A stretch of DNA of 64,000 nucleotides from an uncultured Desulfatitalea sp. (GTDB lineage: Bacteria > Desulfobacterota > Desulfobacteria > Desulfobacterales > Desulfosarcinaceae): assembly GCA_963668675.2 (NCBI GenBank), contig CAXXMB010000002.1, positions 3,136,001 to 3,200,000 on the forward strand, written 5' to 3'. Positions 1 through 8,573 of the stretch are shown here, one piece after another. Made by a program: the position numbers and the translations under genes. The notes under the pieces are model-generated. The model saw nothing but the letters and a program-made list of their open reading frames with translations. It was not told the DNA's origin and made no database searches. Position 1 is the first letter of the stretch; each line of letters begins with the position of its first letter.

Positions 1-1647
1 TTCAGCCCCTGCCCCTGGTTCACTGGTCAGGGTGACCTCCCCGCCCAGCGATGTGATGATGCCATACACCGTGCTCAACCCCAGCCCCGTGCCCTGGCCC
101 ACCGGTTTGGTTGTGTAGAAGGGGAGAAAAGCCTTCTCCATCTGCTCGGGTGAAAAACCGCACCCGTTGTCGGCGATGCGGATAAGAATGGCGCCGTTTT
201 CCTCTCGGACTTCAACCCGGATTTCTGCAGCGGATCGGCCTTTGAGCGCATATATGGCGTTGTTGAACAGATTGAGAAACACTTGCTGCAACTGTGCGGG
301 ATCGCTGGTGACGGCCGGCAGATCCGATTCGATCTCTTCGACGATGCGGATATTTTCGAGACGCGCCCGCTGGTCGACGAGCTGGACCATTTTGGGGATG
401 AAGCGCTCCAGGGCGATCACCTCTTTGGTGCTCTCCTTCTTGCGGGCGAAATTGAGAAGCCCCTGGGTGATCTTGCTGCAACGGTCTATCTGAACCCCGA
501 TTTCCCGGGTGGAATCTTTTAACTCGAATAGCTTTTCGTTTGCCGTTCCATCGGAGGCTGATTCGATGTCATCGGTCAACGACTGAATCATGGCCACTTC
601 CGACTTCATCACCTGGAGTGGATTGTTGATCTCATGGGCGATGCCCGTGCTCATTTCTCCCACCTCGGCCAGTTTTCCGGCAAGGATCAGCTGGGTCTTC
701 ATTTCGCGTCTCTCCAGATCGGCCCGTTTCAGCCGGGCGGCGACGTTGGAGGACATGAAGTAACCCATCAGCACCACCAGGGCGCCTCCACCCAGCAGGA
801 GCAGGAAAGAGATCAACAGCGCCGTGGCCAGAAGCGCATAGGCATCATCGATCGATTGCCTGACGATAAGGAGCCAGCCTGTTTGCCGGATCGGTATGGA
901 AGCGTAGAGGCGTCCGTCTCTCAATCCGCCATCCGCAAAGAATGTGGCAACGGCGCCGTCCGGGAGGGTGTAGCGCGAGAAATCGGCGTCGGACTCCATG
1001 ATGTGGCCGCCGGAGCGCCGCTGGGTCTGCAATACACCTTTCCGGTTGACGATATAGGCCTCTCCGGTTCGTCCGATGCGAATGCTCTCGACCAGGTCGT
1101 TGAAATGGTAGGTGTCGATAGTGGCGCGAAGGTACCAGGCCTTCGTTCGCTCTACTTTTTTCACGGCGATGATAAAGTGGGGGATCCTGCGGTAGCCCAG
1201 GAATTCGTCGGAGATAAACACATTCCGGTCCTGAACCGCCTTGAACCAGTCCGCCTCGGCATAGCTTCTTCCGGCCAGATCGAAAGGGCCGGCATAGGCA
1301 ATGTGGCGGCCTGTGGCGTCGAAGACGCCCAGGTCAAAAAAGGCTTTGGATTGGGATTGCAGGTTTTGGAGCACGGTTTCCAGTTTGGTGGCTGCGCTCA
1401 GCTCCTCAAGATTGAAGCTGGCTGTCGCAAACTGGAGAATGGTTGTCTTTTCCAGGAGGAATTGATCGATGAGATTGCGATGGTCCGTGGCGATGCGCAC
1501 CAACTCCGCTTTGACCTGTCGGCTGGAATAGGAGGTGAAAAAGTAGATGGTGGTTCCGTAGACCAGCATCAGAACGGTAAAAGGCAGTAGAAATACGCGG
1601 ACGATGAGCATTTTGCGTATGGTGCGTGTGTAGTAGTCCTCTTTCAA
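1..1647 (-). CDS. Membrane sensor histidine kinase with Cache-type sensor domain (3' end runs off the window)
   Basis: Not in the ORF track (truncated); read by hand. TTG start at 1647 after GGAGAAG; N-terminal TM; H-box HEINNPL; G2 box FYTTKPVGQGTGLGLS at the window edge. Confidence 0.9.
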   Translation of the reverse strand, partial: MKEDYYTRTIRKMLIVRVFLLPFTVLMLVYGTTIYFFTSYSSRQVKAELVRIATDHRNLIDQFLLEKTTILQFATASFNLEELSAATKLETVLQNLQSQSKAFFDLGVFDATGRHIAYAGPFDLAGRSYAEADWFKAVQDRNVFISDEFLGYRRIPHFIIAVKKVERTKAWYLRATIDTYHFNDLVESIRIGRTGEAYIVNRKGVLQTQRRSGGHIMESDADFSRYTLPDGAVATFFADGGLRDGRLYASIPIRQTGWLLIVRQSIDDAYALLATALLISFLLLLGGGALVVLMGYFMSSNVAARLKRADLERREMKTQLILAGKLAEVGEMSTGIAHEINNPLQVMKSEVAMIQSLTDDIESASDGTANEKLFELKDSTREIGVQIDRCSKITQGLLNFARKKESTKEVIALERFIPKMVQLVDQRARLENIRIVEEIESDLPAVTSDPAQLQQVFLNLFNNAIYALKGRSAAEIRVEVREENGAILIRIADNGCGFSPEQMEKAFLPFYTTKPVGQGTGLGLSTVYGIITSLGGEVTLTSEPGAGAE

Positions 1648-1687
1648 ATCTCTTCTCCACGTGCGAGTTGAACCACCAAAATGCATC

Positions 1688-1703
1688 AGCAACGATGGTG
1701 CCA
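1688..1703 (-). promoter_or_regulatory. Sigma54 -24/-12 promoter for the HK at 1-1647
   Basis: Minus strand TGGCACC-ATCG-TTGCT matches TGGCAC-N5-TTGCW, about 40 bp upstream of the start. Confidence 0.7.
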
Positions 1704-1958
1704 AACTCCATTGCAGGTGATAATGGCTGCTATCATCTTGAAATTTAATGAGAACAGAAGTGTTTCGGTCATCTGGCGCCCCCCACATCGGTGTCAGCCA
1801 TTTTTACGAGGTGTAATGGGTTTCGAGCGGGATGTGCTCAGAGGTGCGATATTAGCGTTTTATACATGCTGTAAAAAATATTGACACATCTACTGCCGCT
1901 GTGCTGATATGCGGAAGCATTAGAGTTTGAATTTAAAGGAAATATTTTAATGGTTCGA

Positions 1959-1974
1959 TGGCGCAGAGGTTGCA
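1959..1974 (+). promoter_or_regulatory. Sigma54 -24/-12 promoter for the HK-RR pair at 2142-5049
   Basis: TGGCGCA-GAGG-TTGCA with correct GG/GC spacing. Confidence 0.6.
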
Positions 1975-2141
1975 GCTTAAACGGATTCAATGGCCGGTGC
2001 CGGAAGCCCGTTGCGACGCCGGGCAAACAGCTTCTCAGATGCGGGTCGGCAGGTCGCCGGTAGCGGCTGAGCCCGGATCACTTACAATGGCCCAAAACGG
2101 TGTCGAAGACACCCCGGACAAAAGGAGCGTTTCGAGGCAGC

Positions 2142-3611
2142 ATGCAAATGTGGCGAGCTTTTAACCTGAGGACACGGATCTACTTGTTATTGACCGCGCT
2201 GGTCGTGATCGCCCTTTCCAGCGGTGGGGTAATGCTGTGGTACACCTACCGCATCCAGGGGCTCTTCGACGGGATAATCGATCACAGCATGGCGTCTTTC
2301 GAATCGGCCGCAGCGCTTGAAGTGGCGCTGGTCAAGCAAAAGGGGTTTGTCACCTATTACTTCACGGATGGCGATACGAAATGGCTTCGCCAGTATGACG
2401 CGCAGCGCCATATTTTCCAGAAACAGTTGAACCATGCCCAACAGATGGCACGCAACACCCCGCAGGAAGCCGGCATCAAGCAGATTGCCGAACGGTACGG
2501 CGAGTACATCGAAATGAAGGATCGCGTGATTGGGTATTACCGGCGTGGCGAACGTGAAATCGGCGCCGAGCTGCACCGCTCCGTGCGTCAACTTTTCTTC
2601 GATATGATCGAACTGTGCGAAGCTTACAAGCTGCAACATCTGGCCCGAATCAAGGAGGCCCGCGGCGAGGTGGCCGACGGCGCCGGGCGGCTGCGTTTCG
2701 TGACGGCCGCCACCCTCTCGATCCACATGATCCTGGTGGTCGGCCTGGGGCTGCTGCTGGTGCACCAAATCCTAGTGCCGGTTTGGGAGATGCTGAAAAG
2801 TACGGCACGGAATCACACGCCCGACCCTTCCGAAAACATAGTGAACGCCCTGGGGCGCAACATCAACGATCTTCTGATGAACGTGGAGCAGGTTCATCAG
2901 GAGCTGGAGAAGAGCCGTGAAAATCTGCTTCAGGCCAAGAAGATGGCCATGGTGGGAAGATTGGCAGCCGGCATGGCCCACAGCATTCGCAACCCGTTCA
3001 CCTCGGTCAAGATGCGTCTCTTCTCTCTCGGGCGTTCGCTCGAGATGGACGTCGACCAAAAAGAGGATTTCGAGGTGATCTCCCACGAGATTCGTCACAT
3101 CGATACGATCGTTCAGAATTTCCTGGAGTTTTCCCGTCCCCCCAAACTGGTCATGCAGCCGATCAGCCCGTCGCTTATTGTCGATAATGCGCTTCAACTG
3201 CTCTCCCATCGGCTCGACTCCTATGGCGTGGATGTCGAAGTGATACGGTCCGACCCTCTGCCGGAGGTCATGGCCGATCCGGAGCAGCTCAAGGAGGTGC
3301 TCGTCAATCTGATCATCAATGCGTGCGAGGAGATGAGAGGCGGGGGCACCATCACCATCAACGAATACGTGCACAACGCAGATGGTGGTGAATGCGCCGT
3401 GTTGACCATCTCCGACAACGGTCCCGGTGTGCCGCCTGACAATGTGGAGAACATTTTTCAACCCTTTTTTACCACCAAGGATGAAGGCACCGGGCTTGGG
3501 TTGAGCATCGCCAAACGCATCGTCGCCGAGCACGGCGGCTCCCTGGACCTGGATACGGAAGATACGGTCGGTGCGACCTTTATGATTCACCTGCCGGTAA
3601 AGGAGCCCTGA
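2142..3611 (+). CDS. Membrane sensor histidine kinase
   Basis: Two TM segments, H-box AHSIRNP, N-box NLIINA, FFTTKDEGTGLGL. ATG 2142 preferred over the track start at 2100. Confidence 0.92.
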   Translation: MQMWRAFNLRTRIYLLLTALVVIALSSGGVMLWYTYRIQGLFDGIIDHSMASFESAAALEVALVKQKGFVTYYFTDGDTKWLRQYDAQRHIFQKQLNHAQQMARNTPQEAGIKQIAERYGEYIEMKDRVIGYYRRGEREIGAELHRSVRQLFFDMIELCEAYKLQHLARIKEARGEVADGAGRLRFVTAATLSIHMILVVGLGLLLVHQILVPVWEMLKSTARNHTPDPSENIVNALGRNINDLLMNVEQVHQELEKSRENLLQAKKMAMVGRLAAGMAHSIRNPFTSVKMRLFSLGRSLEMDVDQKEDFEVISHEIRHIDTIVQNFLEFSRPPKLVMQPISPSLIVDNALQLLSHRLDSYGVDVEVIRSDPLPEVMADPEQLKEVLVNLIINACEEMRGGGTITINEYVHNADGGECAVLTISDNGPGVPPDNVENIFQPFFTTKDEGTGLGLSIAKRIVAEHGGSLDLDTEDTVGATFMIHLPVKEP

Positions 3612-3612
3612 T

Positions 3613-5049
3613 ATGAATACCATCCTGGTCATCGATGATGACGACCAACTGCGCAAAAGCTTCGAAAAACTGCTCACCGAAGAGGGTTACCGTGTGCGCA
3701 GTGCCGCCTCGGGAGAGGCCGGCATTCAATCGGTTGAAGAGCAGTGCCCCGATTTGACCATTCTGGATATTCGTCTTCCCGGCATGAACGGCCTGGAGGT
3801 TTTCGAGCGGTTGCATGCGATGGAACCCAAGATGCCGGTCATCATCATGACCGCTTTCGGAACGACCGAGACAGCCATCAAGGCCACCAAGATGGGGGCT
3901 TTCGACTATGTCCTCAAACCGTTCGACATCCCCAGCATGCTCAACACCATCCAGCAGGCGCTCAGTGCCGGACGCTTCATGCGGTCGCCCGTGCACCTGG
4001 ACAGCCTCCCCGACAAAGCCGACCGGGATGCCATGATCGGCAAAAGTCCGGCCATGCAGGAGGTGTACAAGGCCATCGGCCGGGTCGCTGCCACCGATGC
4101 GACGGTGCTGATTCGCGGTGACTCGGGAACGGGCAAGGAGTTGGCGGCCAGGGCGATCTATCAATACAGCCAGCGCGCCAACCGCCCCTTTCTGGTGATC
4201 AACTGCGTGGCGATCCCTGACACGCTGTTGGAGAGTGAACTGTTCGGCTATGAGAAGGGCGCCTTTACCGGTGCTGCCCACCGGCGTATCGGAAAGATCG
4301 AACAGGCCAACGGTGGCACCATTTTCCTGGATGAGATCGGCGACATGCCCATCAATCTGCAGGCCAAGATTCTGCGATTGCTGCAGGAGCGCTGCATCGA
4401 ACGGCTGGGAGGGCGCGAAACCATTACGGTGGATGTCCGCATTGTAGCGGCCACCAATCGCAATCTGGAGCAGATGATTACCGCCGGCCAATTCCGGGAG
4501 GATCTATACTACCGTCTGAAGGTGATCACCATCTGGCTGCCGCCGTTGAGCCAGCGCATCGATGACATAGAGGCCCTCGCCGGGTATCATCTCTCCAAGC
4601 ATGCCGCCGAATTGGGGCTCGATGCGCCGCCGCTGACCAAAGAGGCCTTGGCTGCCCTACGGCAGCTGCCATGGCCGGGAAATGTGCGCGAACTCTCCAA
4701 CACCCTGCAAAAGGCGTTGATCTTCAACCGTGGTGCGCCCCTGCGTCAGGAGGATATCCTCAATGCAGTTCGGGAAGATCAAGCCAAAACACGGATGAGC
4801 GGCTTTGAGAGTTATGAGGCGTGCATGCGCCAGTGGATGCGTGAGGAGCTGCAAAGTCATCAGGGCGAGCATCTGTTCGAAGCGGCCACCGACCGATTTG
4901 CTGCATTGCTGATTCAGGAGGCGCTCAACCATACCGACGGCAACCGGTCCCGTGCCGCGAAGCTGTTGGGGATCACCCGCCCCACCTTGCATGCCAAGAT
5001 CGATAAGTACAACCTCTCCTTCAAAACCTCCGTGGCCCAGCCCGAATGA
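3613..5049 (+). CDS. Sigma54-dependent NtrC-family response regulator (REC-AAA+-Fis HTH)
   Basis: REC domain, GDSGTGKE Walker A, GAFTGA, FLDEIGD, WPGNVREL, C-terminal HTH (GNRSRAAKLLGITRPTL). Confidence 0.96.
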   Translation: MNTILVIDDDDQLRKSFEKLLTEEGYRVRSAASGEAGIQSVEEQCPDLTILDIRLPGMNGLEVFERLHAMEPKMPVIIMTAFGTTETAIKATKMGAFDYVLKPFDIPSMLNTIQQALSAGRFMRSPVHLDSLPDKADRDAMIGKSPAMQEVYKAIGRVAATDATVLIRGDSGTGKELAARAIYQYSQRANRPFLVINCVAIPDTLLESELFGYEKGAFTGAAHRRIGKIEQANGGTIFLDEIGDMPINLQAKILRLLQERCIERLGGRETITVDVRIVAATNRNLEQMITAGQFREDLYYRLKVITIWLPPLSQRIDDIEALAGYHLSKHAAELGLDAPPLTKEALAALRQLPWPGNVRELSNTLQKALIFNRGAPLRQEDILNAVREDQAKTRMSGFESYEACMRQWMREELQSHQGEHLFEAATDRFAALLIQEALNHTDGNRSRAAKLLGITRPTLHAKIDKYNLSFKTSVAQPE

Positions 5050-5232
5050 CCCTCCGGGGACGGCCTGGGCGAATGCCGGTGTGCATCTGCCCAGGCCGTC
5101 TTTGTCAGTTTTTTTTACATTTTGACAAGCCCTTTCAAATGCGCTGCCGGATCCCTTTCCTGTCATTCGTCTGACACGACACAATAGTGTAGTAAATCGA
5201 ACATCTTAGCGATTTTGCATCTTCATAAAAGG

Positions 5233-5248
5233 TGGCACAGCCGTTGCT
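5233..5248 (+). promoter_or_regulatory. Sigma54 -24/-12 promoter for the usp operon
   Basis: TGGCACA-GCCG-TTGCT, near-perfect consensus, about 70 bp upstream of ATG 5321. Confidence 0.8.
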
Positions 5249-5320
5249 CTGTTTATAAACGGTTCCGGAAGTCCATTTTTTCATGCACGCAGATAACTTT
5301 TTAATAAGAGGAGAAGGCCC

Positions 5321-5788
5321 ATGCAAAAAGTGAAGAAGATTTTGGTGGCGGTGGACTTGTCGGAGTACTCTTTGCCCTCTGTACAATTTGCCTGTCAACT
5401 GGCCCAGGCCTTGGAAGCGAAAATTATACTGGTGAACGTCTATAACCAGCGCGACATCACTGCAATCAAAACCTCTACCGACGCCTATTACGACCCAGGC
5501 TTTTTCGAAAAGGTGATGGAGGAGAGCAAGGTGTACCGCCGCACTGAGATGGATCAACTGGTAGAAAAGGCCGATGCCCAGGAGCTGGTGATCGGAAGGG
5601 TGCTTCGCGTGGGTGTGCCTTACCAGGAGTTGCTGGCTGTGATCGAGGAAGATAAGCCTGACTTGCTGGTCATGGGAACCAAGGGGCGCAGCAATCTGGC
5701 CGACACGATTATCGGGTCGTGTGCGCGCAAGATGTTTCGCAAAAGTCCCATACCGTTTTTAAGTCTCCCGCCGAAGTCGACACAATAG
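5321..5788 (+). CDS. Universal stress protein (single USP domain)
   Basis: KKILVAVDLS; DLLVMGTKGRS...IIGS; RBS GAGGAG. Confidence 0.92.
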   Translation: MQKVKKILVAVDLSEYSLPSVQFACQLAQALEAKIILVNVYNQRDITAIKTSTDAYYDPGFFEKVMEESKVYRRTEMDQLVEKADAQELVIGRVLRVGVPYQELLAVIEEDKPDLLVMGTKGRSNLADTIIGSCARKMFRKSPIPFLSLPPKSTQ

Positions 5789-5893
5789 GTGCGAAGGTCC
5801 CATCGCGCCATCCTTTGAGTCGCTGGGCAAGGGCGGAGACGATGTGACACCACAAAAGGGGGCGGGGATTTTTCCGCGCCAGAAGGTGAAAGC

Positions 5894-6577
5894 ATGTTGA
5901 TAAAAAATTGGATGAGTCGTTCGGTTGTCACCATCGCACCTACGGGCACTCTTCAGATGGCCAGGGATCTCATGGATCGAAACGAGATCCGTGCATTGCC
6001 GGTGGTCGATGGAGAGACGCTTGTCGGTCTGGTTACCGATCGGGCGTTGAAACGCGCCGAAGCATCGGATGCAACCAGTCTCGACACATATGAACTGGGG
6101 TATCTGCTGCAGAAGGTGGAGGTGAAGACGATCATGGTCCAGGATCCTCCCACACTCTCCTTTGATGCGACCCTGGCAGAGGCGGCGGAGCTCTTTCTTG
6201 AGCAAAAGCTGGAGGCGGCCCCGGTAATGGCCGCCGAGGAACAATTGGTGGGTGTTGTGACCAGCACGGATCTGGAGCGGGCTATTTTGAAAATAACCTC
6301 TTCTGGTCGAAGGGGCGTGCATTTCGGCATCCGCGTGACCGACACGCCTGGTCGGATCATGGATGTGATCGGTGCTGTTCGCAATGTGCGTGCGAGGTTG
6401 GCCAGCCTGATTACGACCGATGCGCCGAAAGAGGGCGGTGATCGGGAGGCCTATCTGCATATCTACCAGTTGAACCGATCGGCCTTCCCCGATTTGAAGG
6501 AACGGCTCGAAAAGTTGGGTACACTGCTCTACTGGGTCGACCTGAAAACGGGTGAGCGCCAACTGCTGAATCGATAA
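5894..6577 (+). CDS. CBS-pair + ACT domain protein (AcuB-like)
   Basis: MLIKNWMSRSVVT, LPVVDG..LVGLVT tandem CBS; C-terminal DTPGRIMDV ACT-like region. Confidence 0.85.
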   Translation: MLIKNWMSRSVVTIAPTGTLQMARDLMDRNEIRALPVVDGETLVGLVTDRALKRAEASDATSLDTYELGYLLQKVEVKTIMVQDPPTLSFDATLAEAAELFLEQKLEAAPVMAAEEQLVGVVTSTDLERAILKITSSGRRGVHFGIRVTDTPGRIMDVIGAVRNVRARLASLITTDAPKEGGDREAYLHIYQLNRSAFPDLKERLEKLGTLLYWVDLKTGERQLLNR

Positions 6578-6586
6578 GGGGGGGAA

Positions 6587-7519
6587 ATGGATCCACATGC
6601 AATCAACAAGGTTCTGGTGGCCATTGACGGATCGGATCGCTCTCTACGAACGGTGAAGTATATCGCCGGGTTGAAGGGACTCGTCAATGCGGAGATCCAT
6701 CTGTTCCATGTCTTCCAGCACATTCCGGAGAGCCATTACGATCTGGCCAGGGAGCCTTCGAGTATCAGGATGCTGGGAAGCATGGTCGGTTGGGAGCAGC
6801 ATCAGCGCCACCAGATCGAAAACCATATGAAGAAGTGCCGGGATATTCTTCTCGCAGCTGATTTCGACCCCCAACGGGTCAAAGAGATGATCGCCAAGCG
6901 CCGGCAGGGCGTTGCCAGGGATATTATTGCCGCCGCACAAGAAGGCTACGACGCGGTTTTTATCAGGCGCCGCGGTATGACAGCCTTGGCCGGTGTCGTG
7001 ATGGGCAGCGTTGCCTTTAAATTGCTCGATGGTATTCACCAGGCCCCTTTGGTGTTTGCCGGCCGCAAACCTGACAATCGACGGATTCTCATCGGTATGG
7101 ACTTGTCGGAAAATGCCCTTCGCGCAGTGGCTTTCGTTGGCCGCATGACCCGAGGGACGGGCTGCAAGGTTGCCCTTGCTGCCGTTATGCGACGGGACCA
7201 GTTTCCAGGAGAGGATGACGGTTCCGAAGAGAATGCGGGGGCGAAGACCGATTTCGGGAGAGCCATTACCGATGCCTTTGAAAAGGCCAGGGTGTGCCTG
7301 AGCTCTTATGGATTCGACCCGGAGAGTGTGGCGAGTGAGCTCATCACCGGCGCACAAAGCCGCGCCGGGGCACTGGTGGAGCTGGCCGAGAAAGGCGAGT
7401 ATCACACCGTCGTCATCGGCCGCAAAGGCGTTTCAAGTCTGGATGAATTTCTCATCGGCCGGGTCAGCCGAAAGATCCTATACGTCGGCAGAAAGCACCA
7501 CGTATGGATCGTCGATTGA
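6587..7519 (+). CDS. Tandem-domain universal stress protein
   Basis: Two USP repeats (VLVAIDGS...MGSVA; ILIGMDLS...IGRVS). Confidence 0.9.
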   Translation: MDPHAINKVLVAIDGSDRSLRTVKYIAGLKGLVNAEIHLFHVFQHIPESHYDLAREPSSIRMLGSMVGWEQHQRHQIENHMKKCRDILLAADFDPQRVKEMIAKRRQGVARDIIAAAQEGYDAVFIRRRGMTALAGVVMGSVAFKLLDGIHQAPLVFAGRKPDNRRILIGMDLSENALRAVAFVGRMTRGTGCKVALAAVMRRDQFPGEDDGSEENAGAKTDFGRAITDAFEKARVCLSSYGFDPESVASELITGAQSRAGALVELAEKGEYHTVVIGRKGVSSLDEFLIGRVSRKILYVGRKHHVWIVD

Positions 7520-7591
7520 TCCCTTTGGTCGATTTTATTCTTGGGGTTCATGGATTGTGAAAAACGTCTTCTAAGGGAAGGGAAGTGGCTC

Positions 7592-8203
7592 ATGAGCAGC
7601 AGCATGCCCGTCAACGATCCCACTGCAGGCAAGGTTGCCGGCATACGAGAACCGGATCTGCCAAAGATGCCGGATGGGCATTCCTATCCCGAGCACTGTG
7701 AGCTGGGCATCGACCTCCCGGCGGTGGGCCATATCAAGGTGCGTCCCATCCGTGAGGGAGATGTTCCCATGCTCGAAGAGCTGTTTCGCTCGCTCACGCC
7801 GCACTCGGTATATTTGCGGTTTTTCTCTTTTTTCCGCCAGCTGCCGGCCAAGATGCTGGAGCGCTTTACCCGCATCGACTACCAGCATGAAATCGCATTG
7901 ATCGCATTGCGCAAAGAGTGCGGCGAAGAGAAGATGGTGGGCGATGCGCGTGTGGTCGAGACGTCTGATCCGGGCAACGCCGAATTCTCAGTGATGGTCA
8001 GTGATCCCTGGCAAGGCAAGGGGGTCGGTGCCTGTCTGCTGCAGCACTGCCTGGCCATTGCGGGGCAACGCGGCTATCGACGCATCTACGGTATTGTCCT
8101 GGCGGAGAACAAGCAGATGCTGGCGTTGGGCCGAAAGCTCGGGTTCATGGTTAAACACATCCCCGGCAGCACACAGTACGAGCTGTCCAAGGCATTGGAT
8201 TGA
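7592..8203 (+). CDS. GNAT acetyltransferase resembling the GNAT domain of Pat/YfiQ-type acetyltransferases
   Basis: VRPIR, YLRFF, RFTRIDY, AEFSVMVSDPWQGKGVG, VLAENKQML; start uncertain (7541/7592). Confidence 0.82.
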   Translation: MSSSMPVNDPTAGKVAGIREPDLPKMPDGHSYPEHCELGIDLPAVGHIKVRPIREGDVPMLEELFRSLTPHSVYLRFFSFFRQLPAKMLERFTRIDYQHEIALIALRKECGEEKMVGDARVVETSDPGNAEFSVMVSDPWQGKGVGACLLQHCLAIAGQRGYRRIYGIVLAENKQMLALGRKLGFMVKHIPGSTQYELSKALD

Positions 8204-8204
8204 G

Positions 8205-8573
8205 ATGGAAAATGAATACGTGATCCTCGTCGCCGATCGCAACCCGCGCATTCGAACGTTCTTGCAGCGGGAGTTGGAATCCGAGGGCCATCGCGTTTAT
8301 ACGGCGGAGAGTGTCGATCAGCTGAAAAAGTGGTTCCACCGGCCTAGCCGGCTGGATGCCCTGGTGATCGACCCGGATATGCCCGGATTGGGTACCTCGA
8401 CCCATCTGGCCGATCTGCTGGCGATGAGGCCCCAACTGAGCGTCATCTTCCACTGCATGATAAGGGACGGTTTCGCTCTGCGCACCCCCGGGAGGGTGCT
8501 GGCATTCGTGGAGAAGAGCGGGCAGAGTGTCGATATGCTCAAGCATCAGATACGGAATATGAAGGCAGGGTGA
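8205..8573 (+). CDS. Atypical stand-alone receiver-domain protein
   Basis: Likely start ATG 8205 inside track ORF 8001-8573; ILVADRN...LVIDPDMPG...VEKS. Confidence 0.75.
   Translation: MENEYVILVADRNPRIRTFLQRELESEGHRVYTAESVDQLKKWFHRPSRLDALVIDPDMPGLGTSTHLADLLAMRPQLSVIFHCMIRDGFALRTPGRVLAFVEKSGQSVDMLKHQIRNMKAG

Noticed and set aside
634..1590. 318-aa plus-strand ORF and similar long ORFs (e.g. 2772-3677, 9170-10126, 15813-16832, 57990-59222)
   Set aside because: Antisense shadows of well-supported genes in GC-rich DNA, with no recognisable motifs.
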